Shown here: positions 38,635 through 50,100 of the stretch, piece after piece
How positions within the stretch are numbered: the first letter of the stretch is position 1
Layout: each line of letters starts with the position of its first letter
Origin: an uncultured Gemmatimonadales bacterium
Lineage (GTDB): Bacteria; Gemmatimonadota; Gemmatimonadetes; Gemmatimonadales; Gemmatimonadaceae
Direction of reading: 5' to 3'
Assembly: GCA_963701965.1 (NCBI GenBank)
Contig: OY969695.1
Location: forward strand, 2,784,001-2,848,000
Length of the DNA stretch: 64,000 bases
Position numbers and translations under genes: made by a program
Notes under the pieces: generated by a model
What the model saw: the letters and a program-made list of their open reading frames with translations, nothing else
Databases searched by the model: none
What the model was told of the DNA's origin: nothing

Positions 38635-38988
38635 TTAGCCCGGCGGGATCTGGAGCTCGACGTCGTCTCCGGCCGTCACGCTGATCGACTGGGAGACGGG
38701 CGACCGATTGCCCCCGATCGGGCTGCACAGAAAGCGCAGCGTCGTCGGGATGTTCACCAGAAACGCGGGAATCTTCATCGTCGACGTGCTGTTTCCGGTC
38801 GACGTGCCGAGGCGGATCCGGCTCCCGCCCTGCGGCAGGACGTAGATGTCCATGTCGACAAAGCCCTGATTGGCGACCGTGAGCGTCGTCTCCGGTTGCG
38901 CCTCCTGCGGTTGCATGTCCGGCTCACCGCTCTTGCCGGAGTGACACGCCAGCGCCAACGCGAGGATTGGGACGAATCGAGTGCGCAT
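38635..38988 (-). CDS. Small lipoprotein
   Basis: Lipobox ALAC followed by a beta-rich domain. Confidence 0.7.
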   Translation of the reverse strand: MRTRFVPILALALACHSGKSGEPDMQPQEAQPETTLTVANQGFVDMDIYVLPQGGSRIRLGTSTGNSTSTMKIPAFLVNIPTTLRFLCSPIGGNRSPVSQSISVTAGDDVELQIPPG

Positions 38989-39051
38989 GACGCCTAATAC
39001 TCGCCTGGCCGGGGATCGTGCCGCCTTCGCCCGAGTGGTCGTCTGTATTCA

Positions 39052-41838
39052 ATGGCTCAGGTTGATTGCCCCGACGAACGTTTCGACCGTGTGACCCGGC
39101 TGGCCGCGCGCATCTTGCGGGCGCCAGTCGTGTTGTTTTCGCTCGTCAATGGCGACCGTCAGGTGTGCAAGAGCGCGGTGGGCCTCGCCCCATCGCGCGT
39201 GGCGCGCCAAACGCCGCTGGCCGAGTCCCTGGGCCATCACGTCGTGCAGTGCGGCCACGCGTTGGTCGTGCGCGATGTGCGCCTCCATCCGACCCTGGCC
39301 GACCATCCGGCCATCCGGGACCTGAACGCGGCGGCCATCGCCGGCGTCCCGGTCCGCGCCATGAACGGCGAGTTGCTGGGAACGTTCTGTGTCATCGACA
39401 CGGTGCCCCGGGATTGGACCGCGGACGACGTGGCGGTACTCGAGGACATGAGCGTCAGCGTCGGGACCCAAGTCGAACTGCGGCGGGAGATCGCGGCCCG
39501 GGAACGGGTGGCCCGGGAGCTGGGCGCGGCGCGCGAACAGCTCCAAGACTATTTGGAGAACATTCCGGTGCTCGTGCAGCTGGCGACACCGGATGGCCGG
39601 CTCTTCTTCGTGAACCGCACCTGGCGTCAGACGCTGCGATACGCCGAGTCCGACGTGGCGCGCCTCTGCGCCGGCGACGTCATCTCGCCGGATCATCGAG
39701 CGGCCTATCTCGACGCCGTGCGCCGTGTGCTGGCAGGCGAATCGGTGCCGGCGTTCGACACGGTGTTTCTCGATGCCGGCGGCCAACGGCTCGTAATGCG
39801 CGCCATGGTGAGCGCGCGGTTCGAGGATGGCGAGGCGGTCGCCGTCCGTGGGACGTTCGAGGACGTCACCCTGCAGCGCGGCAACGACGAAGCGCAGGCA
39901 CGGCTGGTGCAAGTGCTCGACGCGACGACCGACTTCGTCGGGATCGCGACCATGGATGGCCGGGCCGTCTACATCAATCGCGCGGGGCGGGCGCTGATCG
40001 GCGTCGGCGAGCACGAGGATGTCTCCGCGCTTCGCATGAGCTCCGTGTACACGCTGGCGGCGCGGCAAAGGGTGCTGTCGAGCGGCGTGCCGGCTGCCCT
40101 GCGCGATGGCACCTGGGAAGGCGAGTCGGCGATCCGGCGCCGCGACGGTCGCGAGATCCCGGTCTCGCAAGTCATCGTCGCTCATGAGTCGGCGCAGAGC
40201 GGCGTGTGGTACTTCTCGACCATCATGCGCGACATCAGTGATCAGAAGCGCACCGAAGATGAATTCCGGTTGTTGCAATCCCTGACGGAAGCCATTGGCG
40301 ACGCGGAAGATCTGCACGTCGCGCTGGTGATCGCGCTCGACCGGTTGTGTCAGGTGACGGGGTGGCCCTACGCCGAGGTGTGGGTGCCGGACGAAAGCGG
40401 GACGGTGCTCACCTTGGGCCCCGTCTGGTGCCAGCCGTCGCCGCCCCTGGTCGCCTATGCGCGCGCCAGTCAGAAGCACGTGTATGCGCGCGGGGTGGGT
40501 CTACCGGGCGGCGTCTGGGCGACGGGACGGCCGTCCTGGGTGCGCGATGTGGGGACGGACGAGAGCTTGCCGCGGGCCCAGATGTCCCTGGCCGCGGGCC
40601 TCAAGGCGACCGTCGGCGTCCCGGTGATGGCCGACGGGGAGTTGGTGGCCGTCTTGGCGTTCGGCATGGCCGAGTTGACCGACGAGCAGGAGTACCAACT
40701 GCGGTTGGTCTCCGTGGTCGCGGCGCAGCTGGGCGGCATGATGCGGCGGAAACAGGCCGAGGATGCGCGCCGCGCCAGTGAGGAGCGCTTCCGGCGGTTG
40801 GCCATGGCGTCCAACGACGGCATCGTCATCTCGCGGAATGGGCGCTTCCTCGAGGTGAACGCCGCGTGGTCGCGCATGAGCGGCTATCCCGAAGGGGAGC
40901 TGCCGGACATCCCGATCGGCGAACACGTGGCCGACGAGGATCGGGCCGAGGTGCTGCATCGGGCGGGGCGCAACGTCGAAGGGACGTACTACGCGACGAT
41001 CAAGCGTCTGGATGGGACGATGTTCGAGGCCGAGATCACGGCCAAGTCCATCATCTATGAGGGCGCGCCGGCGCGCATCGCGGTCATGCGGGACGTCACG
41101 GCGTGGCGGCGGGTGGATCGCATGAAGAGCGAGTTCGTGTCCACGGTGTCGCACGAGCTCCGGACGCCTCTCACGTCGATTCGGGGCGCGATCGGGCTGC
41201 TGGAGGGTGGCATTACCGGCGAGATGGCGCCCAAAGCGCTCGATCTCCTGCGCATGGCCCGCGAGAATACCGACCGGCTGATCCGCCTCATCAACGAGCT
41301 CCTGGATCTCGACAAGATCGAGGCGGGCAAGTTGGAGCTTCGGTGGACCACGCTCATGCCGGCGGACATCGTGCGGACCACACTCAATGGCATCGCGGCC
41401 ATGGCCGACGAGTACAAGGTGCGGTTGGTGGAGCGGGTCGAAGCCCACCGGACGTTCGCGGCGGACCGCGATCGCATCATTCAGGTGCTCACCAACCTCG
41501 TGTCGAACGCGATCAAATTCTCGGACATGGATTCGGCCATCGAGATCGAGGCCACGGCGGCGCCTTCGGTCGTGCGCTTCGCCGTGCACAACGCCGGGGC
41601 GGGCATCTCGGCGGCGGATCGGGCGCGGTTGTTCGCCAAGTTCCAACAGCTCGACGCCGGCGACAACCGGCGTCGGGGCGGCACCGGTCTGGGGCTCGCC
41701 ATCTCCAAGGCGATCGTCGAGCAGCACGGCGGGCGCATCGGCGTCGAATCCGAACTGAACGCCAAGACCACGTTCTGGTTCGAGCTGCCGCTCACGCGCC
41801 CGACGACGGTGTCTCAGGCCATCACCGTCGCGACGTAG
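39052..41838 (+). CDS. Cytoplasmic sensor histidine kinase GAF-PAS-PAS-GAF-PAS-HisKA-HATPase
   Basis: SHELRTPLT, NLVSNAIKF, GGTGLGL. Confidence 0.92.
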   Translation: MAQVDCPDERFDRVTRLAARILRAPVVLFSLVNGDRQVCKSAVGLAPSRVARQTPLAESLGHHVVQCGHALVVRDVRLHPTLADHPAIRDLNAAAIAGVPVRAMNGELLGTFCVIDTVPRDWTADDVAVLEDMSVSVGTQVELRREIAARERVARELGAAREQLQDYLENIPVLVQLATPDGRLFFVNRTWRQTLRYAESDVARLCAGDVISPDHRAAYLDAVRRVLAGESVPAFDTVFLDAGGQRLVMRAMVSARFEDGEAVAVRGTFEDVTLQRGNDEAQARLVQVLDATTDFVGIATMDGRAVYINRAGRALIGVGEHEDVSALRMSSVYTLAARQRVLSSGVPAALRDGTWEGESAIRRRDGREIPVSQVIVAHESAQSGVWYFSTIMRDISDQKRTEDEFRLLQSLTEAIGDAEDLHVALVIALDRLCQVTGWPYAEVWVPDESGTVLTLGPVWCQPSPPLVAYARASQKHVYARGVGLPGGVWATGRPSWVRDVGTDESLPRAQMSLAAGLKATVGVPVMADGELVAVLAFGMAELTDEQEYQLRLVSVVAAQLGGMMRRKQAEDARRASEERFRRLAMASNDGIVISRNGRFLEVNAAWSRMSGYPEGELPDIPIGEHVADEDRAEVLHRAGRNVEGTYYATIKRLDGTMFEAEITAKSIIYEGAPARIAVMRDVTAWRRVDRMKSEFVSTVSHELRTPLTSIRGAIGLLEGGITGEMAPKALDLLRMARENTDRLIRLINELLDLDKIEAGKLELRWTTLMPADIVRTTLNGIAAMADEYKVRLVERVEAHRTFAADRDRIIQVLTNLVSNAIKFSDMDSAIEIEATAAPSVVRFAVHNAGAGISAADRARLFAKFQQLDAGDNRRRGGTGLGLAISKAIVEQHGGRIGVESELNAKTTFWFELPLTRPTTVSQAITVAT

Positions 41839-41839
41839 A

Positions 41840-43873
41840 CTATCGGGTGCTGACGCACCCGTAAGGCACGGCCGTCCCGCCCGCGCGCCAGCGATCGAGC
41901 GCGCCGCCGGATGGCGCCTCGGCGGCGCCGGCATCGAACGCCGCCCGGATGACCGAGTCGCGCGACCGCCGCGCATCGGCGCTCAACGTATCGGGTTCGG
42001 CTTCGCCCGACGCCCGCGCCAGCGCGATGTCGGCCGCGATCTGCGTGGTGTCGTAGTGCGCGAACCGGACGGTATCCTGCCGCCGCAGGTCGGCGAGCAG
42101 CCCCGGGTCGAACAAGGCCTCGACGTGTCGCGCGGCCAGTATCTGCCGCGCCGTCAACCCATACGCGCCCCGGAAGTCGGCCCCATCGAGATCGGCGCCT
42201 ATGAACGTGGCGCGCTGCACCCGCGCCTTCTTGAACGTCGCGCCTTGCAGCATCGCGTCGTCGAACGACGCGCCGCGCACGTCGGCGCCCCACAGCCGGG
42301 CGTCGCGCAGGTTGGCGGCGGCGAACATCGTGCGCTGGCAATACAACGTGTCGGCGTGCTTGACGCCGGCCACCGCGTACGACCGCTCGGCCGTGGGAAT
42401 CGCCTTGGCGCGCGCCTTCCGGAGATCGGTGTTGAACAAGAGCGCGCCGACGAAGCTCGCACCCCCGATGTTCGTGCCGCGGAGATCGGCCGACCAGAGA
42501 TCGGCCCCGAGGAGATCGGTCGTGCGCAGATCGGCCAGCGCGAGGAACGCCCGCTCGGCCGCCGCGAACCGGAGGTTCGTGCCGACCAAACGCGCGCCCG
42601 AGGCCTTGGGGTCGGCGTTCGTCTCGCCCGTATCGGCCGCCGTCGGCCCCGTCGTCAGGCGCGTCGAGATTTCGCTCTCGGCCAACTGCGCCGTGGGATT
42701 CACGCCCGCCCGCGCGAGCAGATCGGGCACCAGCGCGCTGAAGGCCGGCACGTGGGCCAGGCTGATCGTCGCCGGCCGGACATCCGCCACCTGATCGGTG
42801 AGCGTTCCCGTGTCGCGTCCCCGATAGACGCCGTTGATCCCGTAGTACGACGCCACGCCGAAGACCAACGGTACCAGCACGGCGACGACGATGGCCGGGA
42901 TATAGGGACGCAGTGGTTGCGAGGACGGTGGCCGCCACCGCACGGGCAGGGTGAGGCTGGCCAGCGTGAGGAATCCCGCCGCCGCCGCGCACCCCACGCT
43001 GAGGGCCGCCACCTGGAGCACCGTGACCGGCCAATGATGCCGGTGCAGATAGCGCATCCAGAACCATCCCACGGTGACGGGCACGATCCACCACCCGACG
43101 ATCACCCAGAGCCAGGACTGCACGCGGTCGAGCAGGCCAATCTGGCGCTGATCGCCGACGCGCGACGCGGCCCAGGCGCCGAAGATCCACGTGCTGGCCC
43201 GGTCCGCCATCGCCGTCGCGTCCGGCAGTACGGCCGGCGCGGCGGCCACGGACGCCCAGACGCGCTGCGCTTGGAGCATGACCACGAGCGCGATGCCCAC
43301 GAGCGCCACCGGCACGAGGGCGTAAAAGTTCACGATCGGGATGTCCGCGTTCAGGATCGGCAGCTTGGACGTCGATGTGTCCGTGAGCAACTTCGCGTCG
43401 GCCGTCGAATTGATCGTCAACCACGAGAACACGCAGACGAGGAGGAGCGTCAAAAAGATCTTGCCCGTCGTCTGCGCGATCTCGTTGGCCGTGTCGAACG
43501 CGCCAAACCGGACGCTGCCCGGCAACGTCGCGCCGGCGAGATCCGCGCGGGCGAACTGGGTGCCGACGACGCCCGAGGCGCCCGTGAAATCGGCGTGCTG
43601 CAGACGCGCCCAGGCGAAATTGGCGCCCATGAGGTTCGCGTTACGCAGCTTGGCGCCAGTGAGGACGGCGTTCGTGAAATCGACGCCTCGAAGGTCGGCC
43701 CCACTCAAGTCGGCGCCGCTCAGGTCCGCGTCGGGGCCCAGGCTCGTCTTGCGCCAGTCCTTGGTCGTCTTGAGCTCACTGGCGAGAGTACTCGCATCGA
43801 TTTTCGGTGCCGCGTCGGCCAACACCGGCGGCCGGGCTGGCACCGCCCGTTCCGGCGTGATCTCGGTCTCCAT
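41840..43873 (-). CDS. Pentapeptide-repeat membrane protein
   Basis: ADLSG/ADLRG repeats on both sides of a multi-TM block. Confidence 0.85.
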   Translation of the reverse strand: METEITPERAVPARPPVLADAAPKIDASTLASELKTTKDWRKTSLGPDADLSGADLSGADLRGVDFTNAVLTGAKLRNANLMGANFAWARLQHADFTGASGVVGTQFARADLAGATLPGSVRFGAFDTANEIAQTTGKIFLTLLLVCVFSWLTINSTADAKLLTDTSTSKLPILNADIPIVNFYALVPVALVGIALVVMLQAQRVWASVAAAPAVLPDATAMADRASTWIFGAWAASRVGDQRQIGLLDRVQSWLWVIVGWWIVPVTVGWFWMRYLHRHHWPVTVLQVAALSVGCAAAAGFLTLASLTLPVRWRPPSSQPLRPYIPAIVVAVLVPLVFGVASYYGINGVYRGRDTGTLTDQVADVRPATISLAHVPAFSALVPDLLARAGVNPTAQLAESEISTRLTTGPTAADTGETNADPKASGARLVGTNLRFAAAERAFLALADLRTTDLLGADLWSADLRGTNIGGASFVGALLFNTDLRKARAKAIPTAERSYAVAGVKHADTLYCQRTMFAAANLRDARLWGADVRGASFDDAMLQGATFKKARVQRATFIGADLDGADFRGAYGLTARQILAARHVEALFDPGLLADLRRQDTVRFAHYDTTQIAADIALARASGEAEPDTLSADARRSRDSVIRAAFDAGAAEAPSGGALDRWRAGGTAVPYGCVSTR

Positions 43874-43881
43874 GCCCCAAT

Positions 43882-44550
43882 CTATGGCACTGTCTGGATG
43901 ACGTCGTCATACAGCTGGGCGATGCCCGGCCAGACGCGGTCGGCGCCGGCTTGGCGCAGCGCCGACTCCGAATATCCCCCACTTTGGACCGCAAAAGCAG
44001 CAACGCCGGCCCCTTTCGCGGCCAGGATGTCGTAGGGGGTATCCCCCACGTACGCGCAGCACGCGGCGGACGCGTCCAGCAGCCGGACGGCCAGCAGAAT
44101 CGCGTCGGGCGCCGGTTTGCTCACGGGGACCATCTCGGCCGTCACGACCACGTCGGCCACCGCCGCCGCGTCCAGTCCGACCAACGCCAGGACGGCGTCG
44201 AGCGCCCGGCGCGGACTGGACGTGGCCAAAGCGGTGCGGATGCCGCGCGCGCGGAGAGCGGCGAACAGCTCCCGGACCATCGGGAAGAGCGCGATCGGGA
44301 GCGTTGCCAAGCGCTCCAGGTAGATCGACCCGGCCCGGCCCCGGATGGTCGCGCCGTGCTCGGCCGACAGGGCCGGTCCCAGAATCGACGGGACGACGCG
44401 GTCGCCGCCCTGCCCGACCTCCATGGCGATCCGGTATGTCGGGATCGCGAATCCCGAGGCCGCGAACGCCTGGCGCCAGGCCTCGACGTGCGCCGCGTTC
44501 GTGTCGACAAGCGTGCCGTCGACATCGAAGATCAGGGCATCGCGCTGCAT
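43882..44550 (-). CDS. HAD-family hydrolase
   Basis: IFDVDGTLVD, ATS, KPAPD, VGDT..D. Confidence 0.9.
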   Translation of the reverse strand: MQRDALIFDVDGTLVDTNAAHVEAWRQAFAASGFAIPTYRIAMEVGQGGDRVVPSILGPALSAEHGATIRGRAGSIYLERLATLPIALFPMVRELFAALRARGIRTALATSSPRRALDAVLALVGLDAAAVADVVVTAEMVPVSKPAPDAILLAVRLLDASAACCAYVGDTPYDILAAKGAGVAAFAVQSGGYSESALRQAGADRVWPGIAQLYDDVIQTVP

Positions 44551-44560
44551 ATTATCGCCC

Positions 44561-45361
44561 ATGCGCCTCGCCCCCGTGACACCGGGCAGCCGTGTCCGCC
44601 TCCGGTCCTCGGATGCCCGGCCGCCCGCCAACATTCCTCACGATCTCGAGGGAGCGACGAAGCCCATCCTCAAGCGGCTGAACGAGCTGCAGGAGGCCCT
44701 CTACGCCGAGTCGAAACGCGCGTTGTTGATTGTGCTGCAGGGGACGGACGCGTCGGGAAAGGATGGCACGATCCAGCACATCTTCAATGCCTTCAACCCG
44801 CAGGGCGTCCGGATCGCGGACTTCAAGGCGCCGGCCGGCGAGGAGGTGACGCACGATTATCTCTGGCGCGTGCACCGCGCGGTGCCGCCGCGGGGCATGG
44901 TGGGGGTGTTCAACCGGTCGCAGTACGAGGACATCCTGGTGCCGAGGGTCCACCATCTCCTGCCGCGGGTGATCTGGGCCAAACGCTATCACCAAATCAA
45001 CGAATTCGAGCGCATACTCGCGGAGAACGGCGTCACGATCGTGAAGCTGTTCCTCCACATCTCCCGGGCCGAACAGGCCCGCAGGCTCAGAGCTCGGGCG
45101 ACGGACGAAAAGAAGAATTGGAAAATCTCTCCTTCCGATGTGAAGGAGCGTCTCTACTGGCACGAATACACCCGTGCCTACCAGGACGTTCTCTCCAAGT
45201 GCAGCACGCCCTGGGCCCCATGGCACGTCATTCCGGCCGACGATAAAGAGGCCCGAAATTACTTGGTGGCGTGCGTGTTGCTTGCCGTGCTGCAACGCAT
45301 GGGTCCCACCTTCCCTCCGGCGGACCCTAAACTCGTGGCCCGGGTCAAACGGTTGAGGTGA
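44561..45361 (+). CDS. ppk2: Polyphosphate kinase 2 family protein
   Basis: QGTDASGKDG Walker A, HDYLWR, FNRSQYE. Confidence 0.9.
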   Translation: MRLAPVTPGSRVRLRSSDARPPANIPHDLEGATKPILKRLNELQEALYAESKRALLIVLQGTDASGKDGTIQHIFNAFNPQGVRIADFKAPAGEEVTHDYLWRVHRAVPPRGMVGVFNRSQYEDILVPRVHHLLPRVIWAKRYHQINEFERILAENGVTIVKLFLHISRAEQARRLRARATDEKKNWKISPSDVKERLYWHEYTRAYQDVLSKCSTPWAPWHVIPADDKEARNYLVACVLLAVLQRMGPTFPPADPKLVARVKRLR

Positions 45362-45390
45362 CAGATGCGGGTCAGAGCTAGATTTCGCCC

Positions 45391-45874
45391 ATGGACGTGA
45401 CATCACGAGCGATCCCGTTGCTCGCCGGGTGCTTGGCGGCCGGAACGATCGTGCTGGGCCAGGTGCGGCCAATCATCTGGTCGGCGGTGTCGCCGGCCGG
45501 ACGCCTGACGCCCGGCAGTACCGTGTCCATTGCCCTCACGGCGAAAATCGATGACGGATGGCATTCTGTATTCGACGACGCAGCCTCCCGGCGGTCCGGT
45601 GCCGACCCGTATCGTGGTCGTTGCGTCGCCCGTATTCGCGGCCGCCGGCGCGGTCACGTTTCCGAAACCTGCCGTCACCCCGGACCCGAACTTCGGCATC
45701 AACGTCGAGACGTATGACCGGGCGGTCACGTTCACGGTGCCGGTCCGGATCGCGCCCGATGCCAAGCCCGGTGTCGACACCCTGTCGATCCAGGCCAAGT
45801 TCCAAAGCTGCAACGCGACGCTGTGCCTCCCGCCGCGGACGCAGGCGGTCGCCGTGCCGCTGACGATCAAATGA
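45391..45874 (+). CDS. DsbD N-terminal-domain protein with +1 frameshift at ~45565
   Basis: IDDGWH then (+1) LYSTTQP...QSCNATLCLPP. Confidence 0.8.
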
Positions 45875-47139
45875 CGGCGCACTTCGTCTGGCTGGCGATC
45901 ACCGCCGGTGCCGTGTCGTTGCTCACGCCGTGCGTGTTCCCCATGATCCCGCTCACGGTGACCTACTTCGCGAGCCAGGGCACGATGCACCGCCGCGACG
46001 CGGTGGGCTCCGCCCTGCTCTTTGGGCTGGCGATCGTGGCGTCGTTCACCGCCCTCGGTCTCGCGCTCTCGCTGGTCGTCGGAGCCACCGGTGCCGCCCG
46101 GTTCGCGACGAACCCGATCGTGAACCTGGCGCTGGCCGCGCTGTTCGTGGCGTTCGCGCTCAATCTCTTCGGGGTCTTCGAGATCGTCATTCCCGGCCGC
46201 GCGCTGACGGCCCTCGATGCGGCCGCCCGCCAGCGTGAAGCCGCCGGCGCCCGGATCGCGGGCGCCCTGCTCATGGGCGTCACGTTTTCGCTGACGTCGT
46301 TCACGTGCACGGCGCCTTTCATCGGGACGGTGCTGGTGACGGCGGCGACCGGCGCCTGGAAACAGCCGGCGATCGGGATGCTGGCGTATGCGACGGTCTT
46401 CGCGCTGCCGTTCTTCCTGCTGGCGCTCGTGCCGCACTGGGCGCTCCGGCTGCCGCGCGGCGGCAAATGGCTGGTGTCCGTCAAGGTCCTGATGGGCCTC
46501 GTGGAGCTCGCCGCCGCGTTCAAGTTTCTGTCGAACGCGGACTTAGTCTGGCACTGGGGCATCTTCTCGCGGGATGTCGTCCTCGCCTCGTGGATCGTCC
46601 TCGCGGGAAGCGGGGTCGTCTACCTCCTCGCAACCGGCTCAGGCAGCTTTGGCCGGTTAGTCACGACGGCGGTCGCGGGTGGGGTCGGGGTCTGGCTATG
46701 CACGGGACTCGCCGGCCGCCCGCTCGGCGGCCTGGAAGCCTTTCTGCCACCGATGGCCAAGTCCGCCCGGTTTCTCAATTGGCAGATGAATAACTTGCCT
46801 GCAGCGCTGGCGGCTGCGCAGACGTCGTCCAAGCCCGTCTTTATTGATTTTACCGGTTACACCTGCACGAACTGTCGCTGGATGGAGGCGAACATTTTTT
46901 CGCGGCCTGACGTCGAGGCTACCCTCTCGAAGTTCGAGCTGGCGCGGTTGTTCACTGACGGCGACGGACCGATCTACGTGAAGCAGCAGGCGTATCAGGA
47001 ATCGCGGTTCAACACCGTCGCGTTGCCGCTGTATGTCGTCATGTCCTCCGATGGACGCACGCTGGGCACGTACGCGGGTCTGGTCCGCGACCCGGCGGTC
47101 TTCGTTGCGTTCCTGGAGAAGAGCATCCAGGCACAGTAG
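45871..47139 (+). CDS. dsbD: DsbD/CcdA TM domain plus thioredoxin domain
   Basis: LTPCVFPMIP, FTCTAP, DFTGYTCTNC. Confidence 0.88.
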   Translation: MTAHFVWLAITAGAVSLLTPCVFPMIPLTVTYFASQGTMHRRDAVGSALLFGLAIVASFTALGLALSLVVGATGAARFATNPIVNLALAALFVAFALNLFGVFEIVIPGRALTALDAAARQREAAGARIAGALLMGVTFSLTSFTCTAPFIGTVLVTAATGAWKQPAIGMLAYATVFALPFFLLALVPHWALRLPRGGKWLVSVKVLMGLVELAAAFKFLSNADLVWHWGIFSRDVVLASWIVLAGSGVVYLLATGSGSFGRLVTTAVAGGVGVWLCTGLAGRPLGGLEAFLPPMAKSARFLNWQMNNLPAALAAAQTSSKPVFIDFTGYTCTNCRWMEANIFSRPDVEATLSKFELARLFTDGDGPIYVKQQAYQESRFNTVALPLYVVMSSDGRTLGTYAGLVRDPAVFVAFLEKSIQAQ

Positions 47140-47142
47140 GAT

Positions 47143-50100
47143 ATGGCGACGGTCGTGCCTCCGCCCCCGCGTCCCCCCGGTTGGGCGGGCCTCTTCGCGC
47201 GGCTCTCCGCCCGGACCGCCGGAGCGCGCGACGGGGTCGGCCCGGATCGTTTCGCGGGGCCGATCCGCGGCGAGCTGCTGGGCACCGAGGGACTCGCCGA
47301 ACATGCGCGCGCGCTGGCCCGGCAGCAGCGGGTGCTGCCCCAGGTGGGACGGGGCCCCCGCCAGCGCGGTCAGGGCCCGCTCCTCGCGCGTCTCGACGAC
47401 ACCCGGCGATTGCTGGAATCGGCGCGGGCGCAAATCGACGCCGCCGCGGAGCGGGGTGTCGATATCAGTCCCGCCGGCGAATGGCTCCTCGACAACTTCT
47501 ACGTGGTGCAGGAGCACATTCGCGAAGTGCGCGCCAGCATGCCGCGCACCTACTATCGCGAATTGCCGAAGCTGGCCGCCGGGGCCCTCGCGGGATACCC
47601 GCGCATCTACGAAGTCGCGATCGAGCTGATCGCCCATACCGAGGGGTACATCAAGCTCGAGAACATCGAGCTGTACGTGCGCGAGTTCCAGCGCGGCGCC
47701 ACGCTCACCACCGGCGAGCTGTGGGCCATGCCCACGATGCTGCGCTTGGGGCTCATCGAGAACATCCGCCGCATGTCGCTGCGCGTGGTGCAGCGGCTGG
47801 ACGAGTTGGACGCGGCGGACCGGTGGGCCAAGCGCTTGCGCGAGGCCACCGAGGGCGGCGCCCAGAGCCTGTCCGCCGTGATGGCCGCGTTCGTGAACGA
47901 GCATCCGCCGCTCACGCCGTCGTTCGTGTCGCGGTTCCTGCAACAGATCCGGTCCTATCAGTCGAACTTCACGGCGCTCCGCTGGCTGGAGCAATGGATC
48001 GCCGAGGACGGTCTCAACGCCGAAGACGCCGTCTCCCGGTCGAACCAACGGTTGGCGTTGACGCAGGTGGTGATGGCCAACAGCATCACCAGCCTGCGCA
48101 CCATCGCCCGGCTCGACTGGTCGACGTGGGTCGAGTCGATGAACGCCGTCGAGACGTTGCTGCGGCAAGACCCCGCCGGCACGTACCGCGCGATGACGTT
48201 CGAATCGCGCGACCTGTATCGGCACGTCGTCGAAGAGATCGCCAAGCGGACGGGCGCGAGCGAAGTCGACATCGCGGAGCGCGCGCTCGATCTGGCGCGT
48301 CGCGCGGATGACATTCCGGGGGTCGACGTGCGGCTCACCCACGTCGGCTACTATCTGGTCGATGATGGCGTGCGGGAGTTGGAGCGGGTCGTCGCGTACA
48401 CCCCACCGTGGCGCGAGGAGCTGTATCAGTGGATCCTCGCCCATCCCAACCCGGTCTATTTCGGGAGTCTCGGGGTCACGACGGCGCTGTTGCTGGCCGT
48501 CGCCTTCATCGGCATCCGGCAGGTGACCCTCGGCGGCTTTCTCGCCGTCGTGCTCTTGGGGATGATCCCGGCCAGCGAGATCGCGATCAGCATCGTGCAC
48601 CAGCTGGTGACGATGCTGCTCAAGCCGCGGATCATGCCCAAGCTCGACTTCGAGGAGGGCATTCCCGCCGCCTGCCGTACGGCGGTCGTCGTGCCGACGC
48701 TGCTCCCCAACCTGGAAACGGTCAAAGAGGCGCTCGAGCACCTCGAGGTGCAGTTTCTCGCCAATCGCGATCCGTCGCTCCATTTCGCCCTCCTCAGCGA
48801 TTTCACGGACGCGTCGACGGAGACGCGGGCCGGCGACGACGAGATCTTGGCCGCGGCGGTCGCCGGCATCCACGCGCTCAACGAGCGGTACCCCACCGAC
48901 CCCGCCGACGGGCGGGGCGATGCGTTCTATCTTTTTCATCGGTCGCGCCGCTGGAATCCCGCGCAGCGCGTGTGGATGGGGTGGGAGCGCAAGCGGGGCA
49001 AGCTCGCCGAGTTCAATCAATTCCTGCGCGGCGGCGCGTCGAGCGCGTTCACGACTATCATCGGGGACACGGCGCCCCTGGGTGACGTCCGGTACGTCAT
49101 TACCCTCGATTCCGACACCGTGATGCCGCGCGGCGCCGCGGCCCTGCTCGTCGGCGCCATGGCCCACCCCGTGAATCGCGCCGCGTTCGACCCGGCCAGT
49201 GGCCGCGTGGTCCGGGGCTATGGCATCCTGCAGCCGCGCATCGGTATCTCGTTGGAGAGCGCCAACCGCTCGCTGTTCGCCGCCATCGCGTCCGGGCGGC
49301 CCGGCGTCGACCCGTACACCACCGCGGTGTCCGACGTCTATCAGGACCTCTTCGCCGAGGGGAGCTTCACCGGCAAAGGCATCTACGACGTCGATGCCTT
49401 CGAGGAAGCGACCGCCAGCAAGTTCCCCGAGAACGCGCTGTTGTCGCACGACCTCATCGAGGGCACCTACGCGCGGGCGGCGCTCGTTACCGACGTCGAG
49501 CTCTACGACGACTATCCGACGCGGTACCTCACGTACACGCGGCGCAAGCACCGGTGGATCCGCGGCGACTGGCAGTTGCTGCCGTTCATCTGGCGACACA
49601 CCGTGTCGGCGATCTCCCAATGGAAGATCTACGACAACCTGCGCCGCAGCCTGGTCGAGATCGCGCAGCTGCTGTTGCTGGTCGCCGGCTGGACGGTGCT
49701 GCCCGGCGGACCGTTCCTGTGGACCGGTCTGGTGTTGGCGGGGATGTTCACGCCGTACGTCTTCTCGATCGTGCTGGCCCTCGTCACGCCGCCGCGCGAC
49801 CAGTCGTGGCGCGCGTATTACGTGGCGGTATGGCGCGACACGCGCGCCTCCATCGCCCAGTACGTGCTCCAGGTCACGTTCCTCCCCCACCAGGCCGCGG
49901 TCTCCGCCGATGCCATCGGGCGAACGCTGTGGCGGGTGTTCGTGACCCACCGGCGGATGTTGGAGTGGCAGACGGCGAGCCAAGTGGAGCGCGTGATGGC
50001 GGGCGGGTCGCAGCGCGAAGTGTGGCGCCGCATGGCGCCCGCGATCGTGCTGACGCTGACGCTGTTGGGCGTGGTGCTCGCGAACGGCGTCGAGCGGCCG

